Below are positions 8,566 through 17,672 of a stretch of 64,000 bases of DNA, piece by piece (positions within the stretch are counted from its first letter, which is position 1; each line of letters begins with the position of its first letter). The DNA is from Crocinitomicaceae bacterium. GTDB lineage: Bacteria; Bacteroidota; Bacteroidia; Flavobacteriales_D; Crocinitomicaceae. Below the pieces are notes generated by a model. It was not told where the DNA came from. It searched no databases and was given only the letters and a program-made list of their open reading frames with translations. The stretch is taken from NCBI GenBank assembly GCA_965230585.1, contig CBDDLF010000007.1:68188-132187 (forward strand). Direction: 5' to 3'. A program made the translations under genes and the position numbers.

Positions 8566-8684
8566 ACGCAGGGTTAATCGCCACATACCTTATATTCTCT
8601 TCCATCCCAGGCACATGGTCGTCCTAGTTAACCTGATAGTCAGCCCACCGCTGCACCCTGAAGACATTTACTGGGAGAACCACC

Positions 8685-11663
8685 ATGAAGACCCATGCGA
8701 CTCAATCCGAGGCCCCTCGGTTGAAGAAATTCCCCGAGCTCTGTGCTCGATGGCCCATCTTTCTTTTGGCTTTCGTCCTGATGCCCACCGCCGGGCCGGC
8801 GGAGATGCCGGCCGACGATCCGATGGATCGCTTCGGCCGTCCCGTAGTTTCAGACACCGGCGAGCCCTTGATTTACCAAGAACACGAATCGGAGCAGCTC
8901 GAAAAGAGCGTTGCTGCCGAAAAGAGGTCCTCACAAAGGCGAGCTGAAGCAGAATACATCTCAGCCATCCGCAAGAGCACCTTCCCCATCGAGCTGGAAT
9001 GGCATCGGACCATGTTCGGAGTCGGCATCGGCGCCACGGGTTTGCCGGTCGCCGACCTGGACGGCGACGGCAATCCCGAGGTCATCGCCGGAGCCGGTCC
9101 GCGAGCTTTTGCACAAAACGACTTCTGGTACGTGCTGAAATGGCAAGGCACTGCCTTTGAACAGGTTTGGTCGAGCGTCCAAATGCAAGACGATATCGAC
9201 GCCTTGAGGACCGCCGACCTGGACGGAGACGGCGACGACGAGGTGGTGATCGGCACGGAAGAGGGCGACCTGCTCGTTTTCGACGGCATCCAACCGGTTT
9301 TGCTACGCACCCTGTCGACCGCAGCCCAGGAAATCAACGATATGGACGTGCGGGATATCGACGGTGACGGCGTATTCGAAGCCACGTTGGTGGACGACGA
9401 CCATCTTTACGTCATCGATTTGGAAACCGGGGTCCAGGAGTATTTCGGCTCCGGATTGGGCGGATCCTCGGTCACCGTCGGAAATGTGGACGTTGATCCT
9501 TCCCCGGAGATCATCTCCACGGATCGCTACGACGGCGGCCGCGTCGTCGATCTCGCGAGCCAAACCGTCCAATGGGCACCGGCCGGCGGGTTCGGCTCCT
9601 ACGTAGAAACCTACGACATCGACCAGGACGGCATCGACGAGATCGTCGGCGGGGCTGCCTGGTACAGCATCTCCACCTATGACGCCGTCGGCCAGTCGAC
9701 GATCTACACGGTCTCGACCGCCCACAACATCGGCGGCCTGCGCCTGCTCGACTTCGACGACGACGGTCGGCTCGAGATCGTTTACGGCGATGCTCAGTGG
9801 GGCGGCATCCACAGCCTAGATGCGGCCACGGGAACACCAGAAGCCTACGTGGACAACGACCACCACGGCGTCACCCGGATCAACGTCGCCGACGTCGACG
9901 GGGACGGCACCCGCGAGCTGCTTTTCGGCACCGGATACAGCACCACGGGCTCCGACCATCTGGTGGTCCACGAGCTGCCGAGCCAGACCCTCCAGTGGAA
10001 GAGCCAAGACATCGCCGGTCCGTTCCGCGCCCTGGAATTCGGTGACGTGGACGCGGACGGCGACGTGGAGCTGATCTACGGCAGCACCGAGTCGGACAGC
10101 GGCTATAGCGACGGCCTTTACTTCATCCATGACGCCCAGAGCAAAGACCTCGAATACCTGAGCCCGGAGCCCACCGGCCTCGACTGGCTGGGCCTCCAGC
10201 GGATCCGCCACGCCGATATCGACGGCGATCCCCAGCACGAGCTCTTCGTCGTCACCAGCCGAACCTACACGCCGAAAATCCATTGCTACGACTCGGTGAC
10301 CCACGAGCTCCAGTGGGAGCTCTACGAAGACGATGCGGACCGAATCCACGGTCTCGACGTGGTCGACCTCGACGGCGACGGAGCCCTCGAGCTGGTGGCC
10401 TCGGGCGATCAGCTGTTGATCTACGACGCGGCCACCGGAGCCCGTGAGCACTTGGCGGCCGGCGGCGGCGGGCTCCAGCGCATCGGCGATGTGGATGGCG
10501 ACGGCGTGCTCGAAATCGTCACCGGCTCCCCGGGCGGGGCTCTGCGGATCTACGACGGTCTCACCTACGCCCTACAGCTGACCACCGTCGACTTGGATCT
10601 CTCGTCGGTGGATCTGGCGGACCGGGACGGCGACGGCGTCGACGACATCTTGATCGGTGACGAAGACGGCAACATCCGCTGGCTCAACGCCGCCACCGGC
10701 GCAACAGCGCAAAACGTCGGCAGCTTCGGGTCCGGCAACCACTTCGATCGTCCGATCGAGGGGCTGAACGCCTACGACCTGAATTTCGACGGCATCCTGG
10801 ACTATGTGTTCGCCCAAAACTTCGGCGTCAAAATCTACGACGGCCAAACTCTGGAAATGCTTTGGTTCAGCGGCGCTTTGTTCAAAGTCACGGGCCTAGC
10901 GATCCATCCCGGAGACCGAGACAGCCTGGTGGTCGACGACGTGGACGGCGATGGCAACATCGAGATCTGGATCAACCTCGGCCACGAAGCCATGCGCATG
11001 TGGGAAGTGCCCGGCCCGGGACCGAGCTGCTTTGCGGACGACTTTGAGGACGGCACGATCGACAGCGGTTGGACTTTCGGCTTCCTCGGCAATGCCGACC
11101 AAGGGGGTGCGGTGGAGGTCGGCGGCGCTCTGCAAGTGAGCGGCGACGGCACCACCCTCTACGCCGGCGACGACCATGGCTTCTTCCTCTATCGCGACGA
11201 TCGCTCGGGCGACTTCCGCATGGAGACAGACGTCACCGGATTCCCGGTGGATCAAGGTGGCCCATACCGAAAAGCCGGCCTCATGGCCCGCGCAGACATG
11301 TCGATCGACGCGCCGCGGGCGATGATCCAATACGCGCCCAACTTCGGCAACACCGGTCGGCCCGTGCTGCAATTCCGCTATCGGCTGAGCCAAGGAGGTC
11401 CCGGGGACGGTGCCTTGGGTAGCAATATCTACGACGTGCCCCTGCCCGTGCGCTTGGCCCTCGAGCGCGTGGGCGACACCTACAGCGTTTACTTCTCCAC
11501 CAACGGCGGAACCACTTGGAGTCAGCCGAGAGGCGGTAGCCAAGGCTCGATCGATATCCCGGCCATGGGCTCCGCACCCCTGGTGGGTTTAAACGTGGTG
11601 TCGTATTCGGCTCACACCGCCCTCACCGCGGAGATGGACAACTTCCTAGTTTGCAGCCCCTGA
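8685..11663 (+). CDS. Secreted FG-GAP/VCBS-repeat protein with C-terminal ConA/LamG-like domain
   Basis: It has a signal-like N-terminus and many D.DGDG..E repeat cores. The C-terminal domain starts CFADDFEDGTIDSGWTF. Confidence 0.85.
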   Translation: MKTHATQSEAPRLKKFPELCARWPIFLLAFVLMPTAGPAEMPADDPMDRFGRPVVSDTGEPLIYQEHESEQLEKSVAAEKRSSQRRAEAEYISAIRKSTFPIELEWHRTMFGVGIGATGLPVADLDGDGNPEVIAGAGPRAFAQNDFWYVLKWQGTAFEQVWSSVQMQDDIDALRTADLDGDGDDEVVIGTEEGDLLVFDGIQPVLLRTLSTAAQEINDMDVRDIDGDGVFEATLVDDDHLYVIDLETGVQEYFGSGLGGSSVTVGNVDVDPSPEIISTDRYDGGRVVDLASQTVQWAPAGGFGSYVETYDIDQDGIDEIVGGAAWYSISTYDAVGQSTIYTVSTAHNIGGLRLLDFDDDGRLEIVYGDAQWGGIHSLDAATGTPEAYVDNDHHGVTRINVADVDGDGTRELLFGTGYSTTGSDHLVVHELPSQTLQWKSQDIAGPFRALEFGDVDADGDVELIYGSTESDSGYSDGLYFIHDAQSKDLEYLSPEPTGLDWLGLQRIRHADIDGDPQHELFVVTSRTYTPKIHCYDSVTHELQWELYEDDADRIHGLDVVDLDGDGALELVASGDQLLIYDAATGAREHLAAGGGGLQRIGDVDGDGVLEIVTGSPGGALRIYDGLTYALQLTTVDLDLSSVDLADRDGDGVDDILIGDEDGNIRWLNAATGATAQNVGSFGSGNHFDRPIEGLNAYDLNFDGILDYVFAQNFGVKIYDGQTLEMLWFSGALFKVTGLAIHPGDRDSLVVDDVDGDGNIEIWINLGHEAMRMWEVPGPGPSCFADDFEDGTIDSGWTFGFLGNADQGGAVEVGGALQVSGDGTTLYAGDDHGFFLYRDDRSGDFRMETDVTGFPVDQGGPYRKAGLMARADMSIDAPRAMIQYAPNFGNTGRPVLQFRYRLSQGGPGDGALGSNIYDVPLPVRLALERVGDTYSVYFSTNGGTTWSQPRGGSQGSIDIPAMGSAPLVGLNVVSYSAHTALTAEMDNFLVCSP

Positions 11664-11690
11664 TCCGGGCAGGTCACCTCAGGTCAAACA

Positions 11691-11719
11691 AGCCCGCGGC
11701 CTCGGTCGCGGGCTTTTTC
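11691..11719 (+). terminator. Rho-independent terminator
   Basis: agcccgcg/cgcgggct stem with an 8-nt loop, followed by TTTTT. Confidence 0.8.
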
Positions 11720-11727
11720 TGCGACGG

Positions 11728-11790
11728 GGCACCCAGAAACGGGCACCCAGAAACTACTTGGCACCTTTTCGGGCCGGCACCTTTTCGGGC
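11728..11790 (+). repeat. REP-like array (1 good and 2 partial copies)
   Basis: The sequence is ggcacccagaaacgggcacccagaaactacttggcaccttttcgggccggcaccttttcgggc. Confidence 0.75.
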
Positions 11791-12013
11791 TCGGCTTTCG
11801 AGCTTTTGGAGGGCGTTTCGAGGGTCGTACCACGGCCAAGTCATCGAATGGCTGGAAGACGTGCTCCGGCATGTTAGGCGTGAGGCTATCGATCTATGGG
11901 AGCTGGCAAGCTTCCCCATGACCTGTCTGGACCGAGCCGATTTGCCGATGAGACTACCAAGATGCCCGATCCGTCTTCGACGGAGCCCTACGGCGAATCG
12001 AGCTGCTGGGCTC

Positions 12014-14134
12014 TCACCTCCGAAGCTCGAGGCCGAGGGTGAAGGTGCGGCCGGGGCCTGGGAAACCGATGGACTCTTCGTAGTTTTTGTCGAACGCGTT
12101 GCTCACCCGGCCGACCATTCGCAGGTTGTCGCGAAGCGCCCAGGCGGCGCGCAGGGCGAGCAAGGTGTAGTCGTCGAGCTCCCGTTCTTGGGTGGGGCGA
12201 GTGCGGGAGAGGGCGAAGCGGTCGGCGACGAATCGCCATTCGGCGCGCAGATCCAGGCCGAAGGGCGTGGAATAGTCGATGGCGACGTTGCCTGAATGCT
12301 TGGGCTGGTTTTGGATCGTCTCGGTGTCGGCCCCGGGGGAACGATTCTCCGCCTCGAGGTAGGTGTAGGCGCTTTGGAAGCGCAGGTCTCCCACCCGGGA
12401 GCGCAGGGTGATCTCGGCCCCTTGACGCCGAGCTTCCTCCGTATTGGCCAACCGCCCACCCGGAACGCCCTGGATGAAATCCTCTGCGTTGCTGCGGAAA
12501 AGGGCCAGCTCCAGCCGCGTGCGATTGCCGAGAGACGCTTCGGCCGCCAGCTCGACATGCAGGGTTCGTTCGGTTTTCAAATCGGGGTTGCCGCGGTCGA
12601 CGTCGAAAAGGTCGCGCAGGGTGGGAAAACGGATCTGACGGGCGACGGAGCCCCGCAGGGCGAACGCCGAGCCCATGGAGCGCCGGGCGCCGATCAGCCA
12701 GTGGGCTCCGGTCTCGTCGTCGGCACCCGGTCGCTGCTGGGCGGCGAAACCGACTCCGGCGACCGCGCTCCACGGACCATCGGTGACGAGCTCGTGCTCA
12801 AGCGCCAAAGAGGCGACCTCGGCGGAGTAGCTGTTGTCGAACGGCACGGCGATCGTCTCTCCGCCGTTTCCGCCGCCGCCGTTCCCACCGCCACCATTCC
12901 CGCCGCCGCCATTTCGACCACCGCCGTCTCCACCGCCACCGTTCCCGCCTCCTCCGGTGACGGTCGAGAGCTCGAAGCCTTCTGCTCGCCATCGCTCTCG
13001 GCGAACGTCCACCCCCAAGGTCCACAGACTGCCCGACGGGCGCTCGAGAGCGAGCTGAATGCCGGTGCCGACGACGTTGGCGGTGGCGTCTTCGCGGAAA
13101 GCTCCGGCGGCTGCTTGGGTTTCGTATGTGGCGTCGTCGAAGCCGTCGGTGAGGGAGCTTTCTCGATTGGCGAAGATCGAGGGGCGCAGCAACAAGCCGT
13201 TGGCAAAGCGTTTCGACAGGCCGGCGTGCATGGAAAAGGCATCGGATTCGACCCGCTCGAAGCGGGTCCGCGGGGCGAAAATCGACGTGCGAAAGTCTTC
13301 GGTGACCGGCGGCTTGCCCCGGTCGCTGCCGCGATAGCCGAGGGTCAGGCCCCAGCTCGTGTCGCGCCCCAGGGCGGAGGTCAGGTTGAAGAGGGCCGAT
13401 CGATCCTTGCGGTCGCTGTTGAGGCGACGGCCGCCGTCTTCGAGGGCTGAGGCTTCGAAGTCGTCGGACAGATCGAAGCCGTCTTGTCGGTGGTACGAGC
13501 CCGAAGCCAAAAGCCCCAGCTCGCCCCGACGCCAAGACGCCGCGCCCGTGACCCGTGACGACTCGGGATCGCCGGATTCGAGCAGCACCGCTCCGTCGGG
13601 CACGTCGCCCGCCACGCGGGTAATGACGTTGACCACACCGGCATTGCCGGAAGGTCCATAGAGGACAGAGCCGGCGCCCCGCGTCAGCTCGATCCTCGCG
13701 ACGGCGGTGAGCGGCAGGGCGGCCGGGTCGAAGAGCCCGTCGAAGGACGAATTCAGGGGTACGCCGTCGAGCAGGAGAACCACGTTGCGAGCCCGCAATC
13801 CTCGGATGTCGAGCAGAGAAATGCCTTCGGCTCCGCGGCGCAGCTGAAGCCCGGGCAAGAGGGCGATGGCTTCGTCGAGGGTGCGAGCCCCGGAGCGCTC
13901 GATCTCCTCGGCCGTGATCTTGTCGACGGTGGTGATCTCCTCCACCACCCGAGGGCGATCCGCGGTGACGACGACCTGACCGAAATGGTAAGTCGCCGGA
14001 GCTTGGCCATGGGCGGCGCCGGCCAATGCCGAGCCGATGAGAATAGCTGAGACGACAAGAGTCTTCGTGCCGACAAGAATCTTTGTACCGACTAGACGGC
14101 CGACGGACCGAGACGCGAAGTGTATTGAGGTCAT
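12014..14134 (-). CDS. TonB-dependent outer-membrane receptor
   Basis: Signal peptide, plug-domain sequence (VVVTADR...LLDGVPLNS...ELTRGAGSVLYGPSGNAGVVNVITR) and a long beta-barrel region. Confidence 0.9.
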   Translation of the reverse strand: MTSIHFASRSVGRLVGTKILVGTKTLVVSAILIGSALAGAAHGQAPATYHFGQVVVTADRPRVVEEITTVDKITAEEIERSGARTLDEAIALLPGLQLRRGAEGISLLDIRGLRARNVVLLLDGVPLNSSFDGLFDPAALPLTAVARIELTRGAGSVLYGPSGNAGVVNVITRVAGDVPDGAVLLESGDPESSRVTGAASWRRGELGLLASGSYHRQDGFDLSDDFEASALEDGGRRLNSDRKDRSALFNLTSALGRDTSWGLTLGYRGSDRGKPPVTEDFRTSIFAPRTRFERVESDAFSMHAGLSKRFANGLLLRPSIFANRESSLTDGFDDATYETQAAAGAFREDATANVVGTGIQLALERPSGSLWTLGVDVRRERWRAEGFELSTVTGGGGNGGGGDGGGRNGGGGNGGGGNGGGGNGGETIAVPFDNSYSAEVASLALEHELVTDGPWSAVAGVGFAAQQRPGADDETGAHWLIGARRSMGSAFALRGSVARQIRFPTLRDLFDVDRGNPDLKTERTLHVELAAEASLGNRTRLELALFRSNAEDFIQGVPGGRLANTEEARRQGAEITLRSRVGDLRFQSAYTYLEAENRSPGADTETIQNQPKHSGNVAIDYSTPFGLDLRAEWRFVADRFALSRTRPTQERELDDYTLLALRAAWALRDNLRMVGRVSNAFDKNYEESIGFPGPGRTFTLGLELRR
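12860..12954 (-). repeat. In-frame Gly/Asn low-complexity insert (GGGGN-type 15-nt tandem repeats) within the TonB-dependent receptor
   Basis: It encodes GGGGNGGGGDGGGRNGGGGNGGGGNGGGGNGG. Confidence 0.85.
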
Positions 14135-14338
14135 AGGAGCTGGTTTACATCCAATCGTCGACCTCGGCTCGCTTGCCTCGGATCGGGAATCTGAGTTTTT
14201 GGTTCGAATCTCATGGTCGAACGGCTTCCGACGGTCTGAAACCGCCGGAAACCGCTGGCCTATCTAGCCCCGGAATAAATTCCGGGGCTACCCCTGCCTT
14301 GTCCCCTCCGGGGACTGCCCGGAACAGAGAGCCGGAGC

Positions 14339-14348
14339 GGGGGGGGGG
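14339..14348. other. G10 (C10 on the gene strand) homopolymer between the lipoprotein gene and the TonB-dependent receptor gene
   Basis: Ten consecutive G counted directly at 14339..14348. Confidence 0.9.
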
Positions 14349-14392
14349 CTCCCACTCGAGTATTCAAGGTTCGTGAATAGGGAGGACTCTGG

Positions 14393-15853
14393 CTACTGGC
14401 CGACCTCCAGCATCAAATAGTAGACGAAGTCGGTGCTGGGGCCGTCTTCGGTTCCCGACTGCACGGCCTTGCTGTGGCAACCCATGCAGTTGGAACGCTC
14501 GTAGCTCTCCATCGAGGTGTTGGCCAAGTAGGGAGCCTGTTCATTGTTCTGGATGGTGACCTGCGGTCGAATCAATGTCTTCGAGACGTTGCTGCCGTCA
14601 TAGACTTTGCTGCTCTGATTGGCATCGCAATTCGAAGGGAAGGAGTTGTCGCCATCGCTGAACCATTGGGTCGAGATCAGATCGTAATTGGCCCAAACCG
14701 TGCCGGCTTCCTGGGCCTGGCAAGTGGTGTTGGTGCTGGTGTCGTAGGAATCGACCTGACGGCATAGGGTGGAATAACCACCGGCGGCTGCCGGCGGTGC
14801 GTCGACGCAATAGCCGGTGCTGGAGGAGCAGTTGCTCGCCGGACCCGAGTTGCAAGAGGCGCAGGCTCCGTCGCCGGCGGCAGTGCAGGTGTTCGTAGAC
14901 GGCGTAAAGTTGTAGGCGTTGGCGGTGAGCGCCGGGCAAGAGGTGTTCTGCTCGTGGGAATGGGCCGCCGGAACCAAATCCGTGCAATTCGGCGCGTTGT
15001 TGGCGTGCTCGAAGGTGGACCAAATCCAAGCTTGCTGGGCCTGGGTTTTGCGGGCGATGTGCATGCCGACCAGATAATGGGTCGTTAGCGTGCAAGTCGC
15101 CTGGTTATTGCTGGTCATGTCGGCCGGGGTATAAACCAAAAACTCTTCGGAATAATAAGTGCCGGCATCGTGACCCGCCGCTGGGTTTTCCATCCAGGCG
15201 AGCTTGAGGTTCATGGCGCCGGAGTGAGGGTCGGACGGGCCGGTATTGGTTTCCGTATCGGCACAGATCAAATTCACGCCTTCGGCTTGCCCGGATGCCG
15301 TGTAATAGCCCTTGCTCGCGATGTCGTTGTAGGTGGCTTCGCTGAGCAAGATCTCATAGCGGATGAAGTTGCCGTTCGAGTCGACCACGGGATCTCCCGA
15401 AAGCCCTTGGGTCTTCGCCTCGAAGAGGGAATCGTTGACTTTATCCACTTGGTCGATCACCCGATAATTTTGATACCCGTCGATGCTTTGGCACTCTTCC
15501 GGATAGTAGTGGGTGCCGTAGGGCGTGGGTTCCGAAGCGCCGTCTTCGATCGGTTTCAGCAGATCGACAGACGACGACCAGTTGGACCAAACCGGCGATC
15601 CACCGGATTGAGTGTTGAGATAGAGGAAGGTGGACCAGGAAAAGAAATCGAGGGACGGCTGAAGATCGAGCGCGCCGGTGGTGGCGAAATTGCCGGGCAG
15701 GCTACCGGTATTGCATTGTGCCGCATCGTCCGCCGGCGCGGGCTCCGAAGCGGTTTCGGTGTCTGTCGGGGTTTTTGAGCTCGGGTCGGCACAGCCGATC
15801 CAGAGGGAAAAGAATACGGCAAGGCCGAGACACGCACAGGCGTTTTTGAGCAT
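14393..15853 (-). CDS. Cys-rich lipoprotein with a single C-terminal CXXCH motif
   Basis: The preferred start is the ATG at 15853, 8 nt after GGAGAGAGG. The lipobox is LWIGC. The C-terminus reads NCMGCHSKAV. Confidence 0.75.
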   Translation of the reverse strand: MLKNACACLGLAVFFSLWIGCADPSSKTPTDTETASEPAPADDAAQCNTGSLPGNFATTGALDLQPSLDFFSWSTFLYLNTQSGGSPVWSNWSSSVDLLKPIEDGASEPTPYGTHYYPEECQSIDGYQNYRVIDQVDKVNDSLFEAKTQGLSGDPVVDSNGNFIRYEILLSEATYNDIASKGYYTASGQAEGVNLICADTETNTGPSDPHSGAMNLKLAWMENPAAGHDAGTYYSEEFLVYTPADMTSNNQATCTLTTHYLVGMHIARKTQAQQAWIWSTFEHANNAPNCTDLVPAAHSHEQNTSCPALTANAYNFTPSTNTCTAAGDGACASCNSGPASNCSSSTGYCVDAPPAAAGGYSTLCRQVDSYDTSTNTTCQAQEAGTVWANYDLISTQWFSDGDNSFPSNCDANQSSKVYDGSNVSKTLIRPQVTIQNNEQAPYLANTSMESYERSNCMGCHSKAVQSGTEDGPSTDFVYYLMLEVGQ

Positions 15854-15929
15854 GCGGACCACCTCTCTCCATTGATTTTTGAAGGCAACTTACCACTAAT
15901 ATTAGGAGGGAAGCGGATAAAAAGCAAAG

Positions 15930-16430
15930 TTACTTTTGCTCGCTTTTCCCCGTGGACTCGGCCGCCGCTTCGTCACCGCTTCCTTCTATGGTGCCGGCAA
16001 TGGTGTCGGAGAGCTTGCTCAACGAGTCGAGCACGAAGAAATTGATCAGTGCCAGGACCACCGCAATCTCGTACCGACCATAGGCCACCGCGGCGCCGAG
16101 GGCGGCGGTGGACCAAATGCTGGCGGCGGTGGCGGTGCCACGCACATTTGTGCCCTGTTTGAGGATTGCCCCTCCGCCCAGGAAGCCGATGCCGGTGATC
16201 AATCCCTGGATGATGCGCGCCTGGGCCCCGAGATCGCCGGCGAACGCCACCTTGCCGACCATGACATAGGCCGTCGACGCCACCGCCACCAGTGGGAAGG
16301 TTCGTAAACCCAAGGGCTTTCCCGCTCTCTCCCGCTCCAAGGCCACGGGCAGCGTCAGGACAAAGGCGATGGCGAGGCGCAGAAAATTGTCCAGGGCGAC
16401 AGAAAAGTCGAAGGACGGAATATCGATCAT
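15930..16430 (-). CDS. MgtC/SapB-family membrane protein
   Basis: ALERERAGKPLGLRTFPLV and GTATAASIWSTAALGAAVAYG are family-typical. The ATG at 16430 has an upstream GGAAGGA. The longer track ORF (to 16784) overlaps the upstream gene. Confidence 0.85.
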   Translation of the reverse strand: MIDIPSFDFSVALDNFLRLAIAFVLTLPVALERERAGKPLGLRTFPLVAVASTAYVMVGKVAFAGDLGAQARIIQGLITGIGFLGGGAILKQGTNVRGTATAASIWSTAALGAAVAYGRYEIAVVLALINFFVLDSLSKLSDTIAGTIEGSGDEAAAESTGKSEQK

Positions 16431-16459
16431 ATTTTCCTTCCAGAGTTTCGCGGGCTCCT

Positions 16460-17068
16460 CTATTTCAGGCTGAGCTTCTGGGCAACGATGTAGACGTGCA
16501 GCTCGGGATATTGATCGTATTCTAGATGCCGACACACACATCCCGAGTCGGATAGGAGCTGCAAGATATTCGGAATACCGATCAAGCTGTAGTACATCGG
16601 GGGTCCCATGGCCGAGTCGGTTTTTTCCGTCGGCTCGTCCAAGCCCCCGGTGGTGAAGATAAATACACCTCCGGGGTTGAGACCCTGGCAGAGCTTGCTC
16701 AGCACGGGCTCCTGCTCCGCCAACGGAATATGCCAAATGCTGTCCCAGGCGGTGATGAAATCGTAGGTGCCAGGTAGTTTCCAACGACAGATATCCGCGT
16801 GGTGAAAGGTCACCGTCGAATGGCGCTGCCTGGCGAGCTCGATCATTCGGTCGGAGAGCTCAACCCCCTCCACCTCAAAGCCGTGGCCTTGCAAAAGATC
16901 GATAAATCGTCCACTGCTACCGCAGCCGACGTCCAATGCCCGCCCTTTCGATTCCACAAACGCCACGGCACGCTCGTGTTGCTCGATACCGTTTGTCCTA
17001 GGGAACTCGTCGCTATTCCAATGATCCGCGAGCTGATCGTAGCTCTCGGCAATGTCGTTGGGTTTCAA
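16460..17068 (-). CDS. Class I SAM-dependent methyltransferase
   Basis: The motif I region reads ALDVGCGSGRFIDLL. The preferred start is the TTG at 17068, 6 nt after AGGAGA. The start is uncertain, since the track start at 17131 is also TTG. Confidence 0.8.
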   Translation of the reverse strand: MKPNDIAESYDQLADHWNSDEFPRTNGIEQHERAVAFVESKGRALDVGCGSSGRFIDLLQGHGFEVEGVELSDRMIELARQRHSTVTFHHADICRWKLPGTYDFITAWDSIWHIPLAEQEPVLSKLCQGLNPGGVFIFTTGGLDEPTEKTDSAMGPPMYYSLIGIPNILQLLSDSGCVCRHLEYDQYPELHVYIVAQKLSLK

Positions 17069-17167
17069 GAAGGATCTCCTGTTCCGCAAAGGCGATCTGC
17101 GTGCTGGATCGGCTCGCCCGAATTGTCTCAAAAGAGGTCCGCGGAGTGCGAATCAGCAGAAAATCAC

Positions 17168-17203
17168 ATATGTTGCGTAACAATATATGTCACCGCAACG
17201 TAT
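17168..17203. promoter_or_regulatory. Inverted repeat, candidate PadR operator
   Basis: atatgttgcg (17168..17177) and cgcaacgtat (17194..17203) are complementary at 9 of 10 positions with a 16-nt AT-rich spacer. The repeat lies in the divergent region between the methyltransferase and padR-like genes. Confidence 0.3.
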
Positions 17204-17293
17204 AGCCTCACAGTAGGTATGAAACTCACCATGGGCGAGCCCTTGACATCTGCCCTGAAAACGCCGCCCTGAAATGCCAGAGGAGACCGATCG

Positions 17294-17662
17294 ATGCCCG
17301 TAGCCGACCCTTCCAACGCCGACAGCCCCAGCGCCACCCCCGAGAAGAAAAAGGCCGCCGCCGAGATGTTGGTGCTCTCCTTGCTCGAGCACCGGGACCG
17401 CCACGGTTATGAAATCGCCAAGCTGATCGAGAGTCGATCCGAGGGTGTGTTGGACTTTCGGGTGGCGTCGCTTTATCCCCTGCTCAATCGGCTCGAGGAG
17501 CGGGGTTGGATCGCCGGACATTGGGTGGAGAAAGCCGGTGAGCGGCGTCGACGGTTCTATGGCCTGACCCCTGAGGGAAGCCGGGCCCTCGCCGCGGAGC
17601 AACGCCGATGGCAGGCCTTCGTGCGCGCGGTAGCCCTTGTCACCCAACCCTCTGAAGCGTGA
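17294..17662 (+). CDS. PadR-family transcriptional regulator
   Basis: LVLSLLEHRDRHGYEIAKLIE...LYPLLNRLEERGWIAGHW fits the PadR winged helix. Confidence 0.85.
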   Translation: MPVADPSNADSPSATPEKKKAAAEMLVLSLLEHRDRHGYEIAKLIESRSEGVLDFRVASLYPLLNRLEERGWIAGHWVEKAGERRRRFYGLTPEGSRALAAEQRRWQAFVRAVALVTQPSEA

Positions 17663-17672
17663 GGTGAGCACC

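Noticed and set aside
14135-14392. A cobalamin or other riboswitch in the leader of the TonB-dependent receptor gene
   Set aside because: Reading the minus strand I found no B12-box-like sequence or other riboswitch core that I recognise. Only generic hairpins and the C10 run are present.
15930-16784. The long form of the MgtC ORF (284 aa) starting at 16784
   Set aside because: Its N-terminal 118 residues overlap the methyltransferase gene in another frame and are Arg/His-rich. MgtC homology starts at the ATG at 16430, which has its own RBS.
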